This document shows positions 10,601 to 17,674 of a stretch of 61,702 bases of DNA, piece after piece. The stretch covers positions 38,277 through 99,978 of the forward strand of contig CAYWEY010000001.1 of assembly GCA_964457955.1 (NCBI GenBank), read 5' to 3'. The notes below the pieces were generated by a model that searched no databases, was not told the DNA's origin, and saw only the letters and a list, made by a program, of their open reading frames with translations. Within the stretch, counting starts at the first letter, position 1. Each line of letters starts with the position of its first letter. The DNA comes from Candidatus Woesearchaeota archaeon. GTDB taxonomy: Archaea; Nanobdellota; Nanobdellia; Tiddalikarchaeales; Tiddalikarchaeaceae. A program made the position numbers and the translations under genes.

Positions 10601-11579
10601 GATTCTTAAAATGTTTAGAATATTTATTATAGTCTTTTATAACTTCTTTAAGACGATTAAATAAGTTTCTCATCACTTCAGCCCTGAAATCATCCTTAAA
10701 ATCACTATCATTTTTTTTCTTGTAAGCTTTCTTAAACTTTCTTAAACTGAAACCTCTCTCATACTTAATCCTCTTCTTAAAAACTTTATACATATAATCA
10801 GCGCATTTCTTAACACCATTCTTCTGAAGCAAGTAGTGAAAATTAATCCTGAAACCATTCTTAAAAACATTATTAAAATATTTCTCAAAACCAGTACCAT
10901 CAGCCATTCTTCTGTACTTACTAACATCTAATGATGCAAAACCATAATTTGTTGGAAGAGAAATAATTTTTTTTCCACCAAAAATCTCTTCCTCAATTTT
11001 CTTTCCAAAATTAAATAATATAATACCATTATTGTTTAAAGAAATCAAAATATTCTGAAAAGCAATAATGCCTGTAAAGATTATTTTAACTAATTCCTCA
11101 AAATTTTCTTCATCAGGAACATATGTTTTCTTAAGACGCTCAAGTTTAAAACGCAATTTTCGCAACTTATTCTGATACTTATCTGGAAGAGCAAACTTGT
11201 TAGGAATGCGATACTTCTCAATAAGTTCTGGAAAAACACTAGTATCAACTTTTTCAACAACACTGTATAATTCAACAAAACTATTAATAAAAGAACTATA
11301 GAGATTCGTGAATTCCTTATCCACTTCTTCATCAGGCTCGGGATTTGAAAAAATCATTTCCTTAACATAATCCCTGTTAACACTTCTTACACCATAATCT
11401 TTTCTTAAAACACCAACACCAAAACTACGCTTCCTTAAATCACTCATGCGCTTATGAGAAACTATTCCAGGAACACGAACTAATTTTCCGGATGGATAAA
11501 TAATCTTGCTTATTACTTTAAGAAAACTATCCTTAAACTTCTTACTTCTTTTTTTTAAATCCTCATAACTCTCAACCAT
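7602..11579 (-). CDS. giant hypothetical protein (1325 aa), no recognisable motif
   Basis: 3978-nt ORF. Its ATG (11579-11577) overlaps the TAA of the upstream membrane-protein gene by 1 nt. Confidence 0.8.
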   Translation of the reverse strand: MVESYEDLKKRSKKFKDSFLKVISKIIYPSGKLVRVPGIVSHKRMSDLRKRSFGVGVLRKDYGVRSVNRDYVKEMIFSNPEPDEEVDKEFTNLYSSFINSFVELYSVVEKVDTSVFPELIEKYRIPNKFALPDKYQNKLRKLRFKLERLKKTYVPDEENFEELVKIIFTGIIAFQNILISLNNNGIILFNFGKKIEEEIFGGKKIISLPTNYGFASLDVSKYRRMADGTGFEKYFNNVFKNGFRINFHYLLQKNGVKKCADYMYKVFKKRIKYERGFSLRKFKKAYKKKNDSDFKDDFRAEVMRNLFNRLKEVIKDYNKYSKHFKNLHTDIYALGYLAESFKKYYEERSELVDKLGGVEPKDLFNDAAVELLSLSNTYLSTHMELVKEEEELKLKWFLKGKDRRDKQFLVMYALLNYLIEDLDDDKGIDYSEDYEFSRKTFDKGYVKDFVDNLFDSLANKLFIYKEGNISFLKFSDRSFKHKRVRYITSPILTRAAKKSSLRKKYLKGKYVKKHDKIVDQIISYLSLELWENFNIPACRYDYYSNGVFDSLRSIVFDFRHLFVAGFNNYCRDMAMVFCNSFLKILMKTCPEYMKNHVLNDARMSSFKSFYLKLVNNVQSYLVKSMDYYINDYLRLKNIPTFERVERKLGIITRIREWRKEAGVNQVLFQEYNSLAEKVEKDVYENKLKEVSAGKKVKKKLAKNLYDSTVGVKKRKELRKIDEVAKGYDEKFINNFKADIMKSGIKFGELLPDFEIESHTINRKIRDFLNEIGRSDVPGIWINNFENYLNNTHNANLRDRLVFILKSILYGQTIDFERKLLGDINIKKSSGGKIFMDYDFSGIIGSFFKKNNKKYFNKNFDEDSFELDEDLVKILFFPLLKYVQKEGFLDENVREMVLFFYNHFLDLAEMYRISTWFKDYKEVRGEVEETIGGMTISTPSEESFYSRLNLFVNPSKYEEIFDNFKSRYDSFDFKNFKNKVMKYYDSLKDKLDYYANNEVLIDKLVEKDKSNKELYEQIYRKRRSINEEENDFKKFRKIKIFIDSFKTFDDKIGEVIEELKEELCKEDSDINIFKEEGGKIRFKQFSSFNNFKNYLERNVFFNSPGVVDELKNELKYFYDLSEKAEDLDIEKDDEHFYDFFDIIRVFAYQDFGFPEDYEWVKKRMKFFFKQFAFMIYLRNTIRPVHEMVGDRNLYQDFVNKLETVFRKYNKIKIVKNQYFDEKSQKYLDKNYYFAVKESIKSYVKFIQHLKEFRDVIKELEGALVFDLSTIDEGEFIKEELERVYRKVLGRFATAGPDETESYDFLYNDFKIVKLLKDLPKLEDALI

Positions 11580-12400
11580 TACTTAAACACCCTATCAAAA
11601 AACCTGCTCATCCTTGCTGAATGCTCTGAAACTTTAGAAGCTGGTTTTTTTACTTTTTTTACAGGAATTTTTTTCTCAGTCAATTTTTCAACTTCTTTAT
11701 CTTCTTCCCCTGCGCCTCCAATTCCTCTTTTCTCCCCCTCTTTTTTCTTCTTTTTCTTCCTTTCTTCCTTTTTTTCTTTTTTCCTCTTGAATGTTCTTCC
11801 TCCCTCACCACCTGGCACGTATACTGGAGCACTTCCTCCAGTAACAAAACTGAAAAGAGCGATAAAACCAACAATTAATGCTATAATCACTCCACCAATA
11901 ACTACTCCCTGCACAGTATTATCATATTCCTGCAAAAAAGAATCTTCTCCAGTAACAGAACCTCCTAAGTCAAGAACTCCTGTAAAAAAAATAAGATAAA
12001 TAATGGCTAATAAGAAAACAATCACGATGAAAATCTTAAGCTTCTTACTCTCAATAGTTGACAATCCTGCAATCATTAACAATATTGGTCCGAGAAAAGT
12101 GAAAACAATATAAAAATTACTAACCCATTCCATAACAAGAGGATTATTCATTAAAAACAAAGTGCTTAGTCCAGCAATACTAATACTGATTAATAAAGCA
12201 AGAATACGGTTCTCTTCACCCCTTGCACGCATAAGTCGGGCAATACTTATGAAAACAAGAGAGAATACGCTAACAAAACTAAATATTAGAATCCATACCT
12301 CACTCTCTATCATGCTTGTTTCAAAAAAACCATTTTCTTCCTGGGAGAAAACAGGAGATACGATTATTAGTAAAATTAATAAGTAAGTATAACTACGCAT
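11579..12400 (-). CDS. signal-peptide/polytopic membrane protein with poly-Lys/Glu C-terminal tail
   Basis: N-terminal signal-like segment MRSYTYLLILLIIVSPVFSQ, about 5 hydrophobic helices, tail KRKKEKKEERKKKKKKEGEKRG. The core is paralogous to 15216..15623. Confidence 0.7.
   Translation of the reverse strand: MRSYTYLLILLIIVSPVFSQEENGFFETSMIESEVWILIFSFVSVFSLVFISIARLMRARGEENRILALLISISIAGLSTLFLMNNPLVMEWVSNFYIVFTFLGPILLMIAGLSTIESKKLKIFIVIVFLLAIIYLIFFTGVLDLGGSVTGEDSFLQEYDNTVQGVVIGGVIIALIVGFIALFSFVTGGSAPVYVPGGEGGRTFKRKKEKKEERKKKKKKEGEKRGIGGAGEEDKEVEKLTEKKIPVKKVKKPASKVSEHSARMSRFFDRVFK
11722..11788. repeat. 67-nt uninterrupted homopyrimidine (plus strand) / homopurine tract
   Basis: Read directly: only c/t from 11722 to 11788. 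Encodes the K/E/R tail of 11579..12400. Confidence 0.9.
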
Positions 12401-12474
12401 GAATAATAAAAAGATAAGTAGAAATAAAAAAGTTTTGAAAAAAAATAAAAAAGAAAAAATTCAATATAAATACT

Positions 12475-12882
12475 ATGAAAAAGAACAAGAAGAAACTAAA
12501 AAAAATATTTGGAGCAGCACTTCCAGTCATACTTATTGCAATATTGATAGGAACGAGTTTCCAAGTATTCTTAACAAACAACAATAATAGTGGTGGAGGA
12601 AAGAAACCTGTAACAATATATTTGGGTTTCAGAATAAATAACCAAAGTTATCCTTATCAGCCAGTTAATACTTATGAAAACACCAGTATTGCACAATTAT
12701 TATATACATACACTAAAGGAGGAGTAAGTCTTCAGAGTGATGGCAGCATAAAATGTATAGGAAATATATGCAACAGCATACAAGAGAATAGTTTCTGGAC
12801 AACCAAAGTTAATAATGAGACAATAACAGATAATAGAAGAGAATTAAAACAAAATGATTACGCGTTCTTAATATATGAATAA
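12475..12882 (+). CDS. membrane-anchored small protein, DUF4430-like C-terminus (tentative)
   Basis: K-rich N-terminus plus one TM helix (IFGAALPVILIAILIGTSF). The C-terminal pattern FWTTKVNNETI...LKQNDYAFLIYE resembles the W.y.vNg...l.dGD.i.f.y pattern of DUF4430. Confidence 0.45.
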   Translation: MKKNKKKLKKIFGAALPVILIAILIGTSFQVFLTNNNNSGGGKKPVTIYLGFRINNQSYPYQPVNTYENTSIAQLLYTYTKGGVSLQSDGSIKCIGNICNSIQENSFWTTKVNNETITDNRRELKQNDYAFLIYE

Positions 12883-14033
12883 CCAATATTCTCTAATTCA
12901 TTAATAACAAAAACTGAATCAGATTCTTTTATCATAAGAAAACCATTAGGAATTTCTTCATAATGCATTCTTTGAATTAAATTCTCCAAGCAATTATTGG
13001 GTCCAGATTTTACAACAACACTATTATCATAATGAATATTAATAAAATCGGCAGGATCAATAAAAGCTTGAGCAGCATATTCAGAGTTTTTATTAAAATC
13101 ATTATTTCTAAACTTGGATAATAATTTTTTAAAAAAACCTTTTCTTTCTTTCTTCTTATTAACTAAACGCATGTAAGCATTCATTGAAAAACCAACTATA
13201 TTCTTAACAGTATTCAAGTCTCTTACACAACTAAGAGTTGAATCAATAATAGTTTTGGTTTCAACACTATCCAATTCTTTTCTGAATAATGAATCATATT
13301 TCTCAGAATTCAAAACTTCTTCAATCATTGAAGAAAAACTAATTCCCTTAACATTCTTAATGAATATTTCACAATAAAGATTATGAATAATATTATTGGT
13401 TGATTTTTTATTATTATAAAATAATTCTTTATAAACCCATCCTTTAAGTCCGTTCTCTTTATTATACTTACTTATTTTATCATACATTCTGGATGTTTCA
13501 AGCAATTTTTTGTCAAAATCACTTAAAGAAATACCTATTTCTTCAGCCCTTCTCACATCTTTCTCAAAATCCATAGTTAATTCTTCAAGAGAAGGAGGTT
13601 CTCTTCTGAAAATTTCAACAAAAGAACCATCATCTTCTTTCTCGTACTTACCAATTAATTTAAAATAGTGATATTTTCTTAACTTCTCAAGATTATAATT
13701 CAGAAATAATTCCTCATTATTTTTTTTAACTTGATTATATGCATATTCCAAATGTAAAGTATCTGCATAATCCATAATCTTGTTAGTTAAATTATTGTAG
13801 AATTTTCCAACTTTCATAGCAGTCTTCATTTCTGGTTTTATGAAATTAATTAAGGGTATTAACTCATCTTCTTTCATACTAAAATCATCCAAATAATCCG
13901 AAGAAAAAAAATTCTTCAAAACACTATATTTTTTATTAGAATACTCAGCATAATCGTCAGGGATTTCAAAAACAAGAATATTCTTATCATTGTTCTCATA
14001 CTTCATTACTCCCATAAACAAGAAAAAATCCAA
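12858..14033 (-). CDS. hypothetical protein (about 385-391 aa)
   Basis: Long ORF. The track start is TTG; in-frame ATGs at 14015 and 14006 are more likely starts. No motif recognised. Confidence 0.6.
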   Translation of the reverse strand: MDFFLFMGVMKYENNDKNILVFEIPDDYAEYSNKKYSVLKNFFSSDYLDDFSMKEDELIPLINFIKPEMKTAMKVGKFYNNLTNKIMDYADTLHLEYAYNQVKKNNEELFLNYNLEKLRKYHYFKLIGKYEKEDDGSFVEIFRREPPSLEELTMDFEKDVRRAEEIGISLSDFDKKLLETSRMYDKISKYNKENGLKGWVYKELFYNNKKSTNNIIHNLYCEIFIKNVKGISFSSMIEEVLNSEKYDSLFRKELDSVETKTIIDSTLSCVRDLNTVKNIVGFSMNAYMRLVNKKKERKGFFKKLLSKFRNNDFNKNSEYAAQAFIDPADFINIHYDNSVVVKSGPNNCLENLIQRMHYEEIPNGFLMIKESDSVFVINELENIGYSYIKNA

Positions 14034-14063
14034 ATATTTTTTTATTATAAAAGTTTCGGAAAG

Positions 14064-14074
14064 TTTTAAATATT
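14064..14074 (+). promoter_or_regulatory. TATA-like box upstream of the candidate small RNA
   Basis: ttttaaatatt lies 18-28 nt upstream of the 5' arm of the terminal stem at 14092. Confidence 0.25.
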
Positions 14075-14091
14075 AAAAAATGTGGTATTAT

Positions 14092-14183
14092 TTGTTATTG
14101 CAGATGACGATAAGAACACCCTGGCATAGACTATAGATGCATTGGTTAGATGGCCTTAAGGGTAGCTTCTGATGCAATAACAA
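14092..14183 (+). ncRNA. candidate structured small RNA with C/D-box (k-turn)-like termini
   Basis: Perfect 11-bp terminal stem (ttgttattgca 14092-14102 / tgcaataacaa 14173-14183). It directly encloses GATGA (14103-14107) at the 5' side and CTGA (14169-14172) at the 3' side. Locally GC-richer than the flanks, with a T5 run at 14185-14189. Confidence 0.35.
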
Positions 14184-14216
14184 CTTTTTAAAAAAATGCT
14201 TCATCAATATTTATTT

Positions 14217-14423
14217 ATGAAAATAAATTTTTTATCAGAATTAGACATGTTCAATCATGGTGTTTGCGGAGTAGAAACATCACTTAATAATAATTTAAAA
14301 ATACTTGAAAATAATAACATAGATTATGTAATTAACAATGACTTAAATGATGATTCAAACATATGTCATTTCCAAACAGTTTTCTTAATAAATCTTAAAA
14401 ATAATAATGTGCAAAAAACCTAA
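14217..14423 (+). CDS. GT4-family glycosyltransferase, N-terminal fragment (frame 0)
   Basis: MKINFLSE... is a typical GT-B N-terminal start. The frame ends at TAA 14421-14423, just after an A6 run. Confidence 0.5.
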   Translation: MKINFLSELDMFNHGVCGVETSLNNNLKILENNNIDYVINNDLNDDSNICHFQTVFLINLKNNNVQKT

Positions 14424-15219
14424 AGTTGCTTCTGCAAACGCAGTTCCTGAAGAAACTAAGACTTACAGATTCGACAATATTATTGAACCTATTGCTGAAA
14501 ACTATCTTCCATTCTTCTACAATCATGCAGATGTGATTATTGCTCCAACAAAATTCACTAAATCAAGATTAAGAGAATTAGGTGTTAAAAAAAGAATAGA
14601 ATTAATAAGCAACGGTATTGATACTAAAAAATTTAAGTATTCAGAAAAGAAAAGAAAAATTTTCAGAAAAAAATACAATATTAAAAAAGAAGATGTTGTT
14701 GTTTACATGATTGGAGGCATTTGTTTAAGGAAAGGAATTGATACATTCCTGGAAATTGCTGAAAGAATACCAGAATACACTTTCGTATGGATTGGAAAAC
14801 ACTTCTTAAACAAATTCTTTGAAAAAAAATATGGCAGGGTTGAGAGAATGATTAAAAACGCGCCTGAAAACGTATTATTCACAGGATTCGTTGACGACAT
14901 AATAAGCGCTCACTGTGCAGGAGACATATTCTTCTTCCCCAGTTATGCAGAAAATGAAGGAATAGCAATACTAGAGGCAGGAAGCTGCAGAAGACCAGTA
15001 ATAGTAAGGAATATTATGCCTTATGATGAATGGTTGTTCAACAATAAGAATTGCTTCAAATTCAATAATGAAGAAGAACTTGAGAAAAGTATAAGAAGAC
15101 TGGGAGAAGATGAAAAACTAAGGAAAAGAATGGGAAGAAGAATGCGAAAAACGGCTGAAAAAAAAAATATTAGTAAAACAGGAAAAAAATTAATCAAGAT
15201 GTATAAGTCACTTCTTTAA
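14407..15219 (+). CDS. GT4-family glycosyltransferase, C-terminal domain (frame +1)
   Basis: GT-B C-terminal domain signature: FTGFVDD...FFFPSYAENEGIAILEAGSCRRPVIV (E..G...EA...G.PVI). Continues the 14217 fragment after a 1-nt shift. Confidence 0.8.
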   Translation: MCKKPKVASANAVPEETKTYRFDNIIEPIAENYLPFFYNHADVIIAPTKFTKSRLRELGVKKRIELISNGIDTKKFKYSEKKRKIFRKKYNIKKEDVVVYMIGGICLRKGIDTFLEIAERIPEYTFVWIGKHFLNKFFEKKYGRVERMIKNAPENVLFTGFVDDIISAHCAGDIFFFPSYAENEGIAILEAGSCRRPVIVRNIMPYDEWLFNNKNCFKFNNEEELEKSIRRLGEDEKLRKRMGRRMRKTAEKKNISKTGKKLIKMYKSLL

Positions 15220-15623
15220 TCACATATACAATTACAGCTTCCGATTGTTACAAAAGAATAATCCTCTGTTTTGAAAACAATAAGCCAGTAAAGGAATAAT
15301 AAGAAACCTAAAACGAACAATATCAGCCACTTATCCCGATTAGTTGATGCAACAAGACTAAGTCCTGAGAGTATTACAAAACCAAGACCAAGAAATGGAA
15401 GGAATAAGAAAACCTTGCTTATAATAATCATACTCCACGCATTATTGGTTATGAACAAAACACTCAATAAACTAATTGATATACTTACAAGAAGTGTGAG
15501 TAGTGGATTATTATCCTTCCTATGCCTCATCATATAAGATAAAGGTATATAGACAAAACCAAAAATAAGGAAGAAAATAAGCAATAATACTGCTTCATCA
15601 TTAAATATGGAGAAAAGAGTCAT
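15216..15623 (-). CDS. polytopic membrane protein, paralogue of the 11579..12400 core
   Basis: LLTLLVSISISLLSVLFITNN...FLGLGFVILSGLS aligns with LALLISISIAGLSTLFLMNN...FLGPILLMIAGLS. 4-nt overlap with the ABC ATPase gene. Confidence 0.65.
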   Translation of the reverse strand: MTLFSIFNDEAVLLLIFFLIFGFVYIPLSYMMRHRKDNNPLLTLLVSISISLLSVLFITNNAWSMIIISKVFLFLPFLGLGFVILSGLSLVASTNRDKWLILFVLGFLLFLYWLIVFKTEDYSFVTIGSCNCICD

Positions 15624-16498
15624 ATACTCACTTCTTTAAGTTCACCATTATGCCTGTCACTTATTACTTTACCATCCTTAAGCCGGATAACGCGTTTAAC
15701 GTACTGTAATAGTGTCTCATCATGAGTAACCATTAAAAAAGTAAGTCCTTTATCCTCATTGAGTTTGCGCATAATTCTTACAATAGACTTGCCTGTCTTA
15801 CTGTCCAATTGTCCTGTAGGCTCGTCAGCAAGTATTATGTGGGGCTTATTAATCAAGCTGCGGGCGACACTAACTCTCTGTTTTTCACCACCACTTAATT
15901 CACTCGGCACATGATTCATACGCTTATCAAGCCCGAAATCATCCAATAATTTCTCAGCATACTTCTTCTTCTCCCTGCTCACACCAAAAGGAACAAGCGG
16001 AATAGTCACATTCTCATAAGCACTAATGTTGGGAATGAGATTAAAAGTTTGGAAGATGAAACCAATCTTTTCATGCCTGATATTCGCTAACTGGTTTTCT
16101 TTCAACTTGCTCACGTCCTTGCCATCCAGAAATACTTTTCCTTCTGTAGGAGTATCCAAACACCCAATCATGTGAAGAAGAGTGCTCTTGCCACTTCCGC
16201 TAGGACCCACAACAGCAACAAAATCTCCTTCATTAATCTTAAAACTTATATCACTAATAGCATGAACCTCATTGTGTTCTCCAATATTATAATATTTGGA
16301 AAGATTCTTGACTTCAATAATAGGTGGAGTTGATTTATTATCAAGGAATTCAATAAGTGTTTTACGATTCTTATTCTTCTTCTCGTAATCAAGCAATTCT
16401 TTTAATTCCTCCCTGCCAAAGTTCTTCTTATTAATCGTTTTCTTCACTTCATCAATACTTCTTTCCATGAACTTTTTATTCATAATAGCTTCATACAC
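15620..16498 (-). CDS. ABC transporter ATP-binding protein (MacB/LolD-type) with about 60-aa N-terminal extension
   Basis: Walker A GPSGSGKST, signature LSGGEKQRV, Walker B ILADEPTGQLD, H-loop VTHD. Confidence 0.9.
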   Translation of the reverse strand: MYEAIMNKKFMERSIDEVKKTINKKNFGREELKELLDYEKKNKNRKTLIEFLDNKSTPPIIEVKNLSKYYNIGEHNEVHAISDISFKINEGDFVAVVGPSGSGKSTLLHMIGCLDTPTEGKVFLDGKDVSKLKENQLANIRHEKIGFIFQTFNLIPNISAYENVTIPLVPFGVSREKKKYAEKLLDDFGLDKRMNHVPSELSGGEKQRVSVARSLINKPHIILADEPTGQLDSKTGKSIVRIMRKLNEDKGLTFLMVTHDETLLQYVKRVIRLKDGKVISDRHNGELKEVSI

Positions 16499-16507
16499 TC
16501 CTTTATT

Positions 16508-17674
16508 TTAATATCTTATCGCCTCAACCGCTTCCATATGACTACTCCTATATGCAGGGTACAAACTGCCCACAAAACCCAGAGTAAGAGCAAAAAGCAT
16601 TGCTTGTCCCAATAATTCAACAGTAATCTTAATAGGGATTGCAGTATAGTACTCAACCATATAACCTACACCATAACCAAGACCCATACCTAATACTCCG
16701 CCAACAATACTCAATACTACTGACTCCATAATTATCATAATCATAACATGCTTGTCCTGCCAGCCCACAGCCTTAAGCACACCAAACTCTTTAATACGCT
16801 CCATAACACTCATAAGCATAGTATTCATAACACCAATTCCACCAACAATTCCTGCAATAGCACTAACCCCCCATAATGCTGCAGTAAGATTATCTAAAAA
16901 ACTCATTAACTGGTCACTATAACTCTGAACATCAAAAACAGCAAGCTCGTCTTCAAAACGAAGTTCTATGCGGGACTTAACACTTCTTAAATCAGACGGG
17001 TCTTTAGGAATTACTTGAAAATTATTAACTATATCTTCATCCACATTAACTATTTCTCGAACTTCATCAATATGTCCTACAATGAAGAATTCAAAAATAC
17101 GCGCATCAGTTTCAAAAATTCCTATAACATGATAAGTCTTGTCATTAATTCTCATACTGCTCCCTACAAAAAGATTCATTAAATCAGCAAGAGTTCTTCC
17201 AACCATGACTCCCCGCATATCACTTGAAGAAATTTTTCTTCCTTCAACAACATTATAATAAGGACTGGGTTCATAACCTTCTGACCTTACAGGATCAATC
17301 CCTACAACGAAAAGCATGTTAGCGATTGCTTCAGCACCTGCAAGAATCCTGTCACTACTGCCAAGATTAATGCTTCTTACTTCAATACTGTCAGCAGTAC
17401 CCCATACTTCAGGAGTAACTAATTCAACACCCCTCACGTTCTCAATTTCATTAATCTTATCCTTATCAATGAAGCTGAAAGGAACATCAATTGCTCCTTC
17501 CTCAAGAATCCATAAACTCTGGAAAGTTCCTAAAACATTATTCGCTCTTTCAGCAATACCTAAACTAACACTCACTAAACTTACGATAGCACCGACTCCA
17601 ATCATTACACCAAGAAGTGTTAAAAAACTCCTTCTCTTATTTCTCAAAACGTTGCGGAGGGATAACTTAATCAT
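16508..17674 (-). CDS. ABC transporter permease, FtsX/MacB-type
   Basis: N-terminal TM, large periplasmic-type domain, then the C-terminal FtsX helices (GIGVMNTMLMSVMERIKEFGVLKAVG). Confidence 0.85.
   Translation of the reverse strand: MIKLSLRNVLRNKRRSFLTLLGVMIGVGAIVSLVSVSLGIAERANNVLGTFQSLWILEEGAIDVPFSFIDKDKINEIENVRGVELVTPEVWGTADSIEVRSINLGSSDRILAGAEAIANMLFVVGIDPVRSEGYEPSPYYNVVEGRKISSSDMRGVMVGRTLADLMNLFVGSSMRINDKTYHVIGIFETDARIFEFFIVGHIDEVREIVNVDEDIVNNFQVIPKDPSDLRSVKSRIELRFEDELAVFDVQSYSDQLMSFLDNLTAALWGVSAIAGIVGGIGVMNTMLMSVMERIKEFGVLKAVGWQDKHVMIMIIMESVVLSIVGGVLGMGLGYGVGYMVEYYTAIPIKITVELLGQAMLFALTLGFVGSLYPAYRSSHMEAVEAIRY
16748..16848. repeat. 101-nt tract identical to 17914..18014
   Basis: Compared base by base. 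Identical inside otherwise diverged paralogous permease genes. Confidence 0.95.

Noticed and set aside
14092-14183. Possible tRNA (the only GC-enriched structured intergenic element)
   Set aside because: There is no T-loop (GTTCRANYC) on either strand, the terminal stem is 11 bp rather than 7 bp, and no cloverleaf could be drawn. It is kept only as a C/D-like sRNA candidate.
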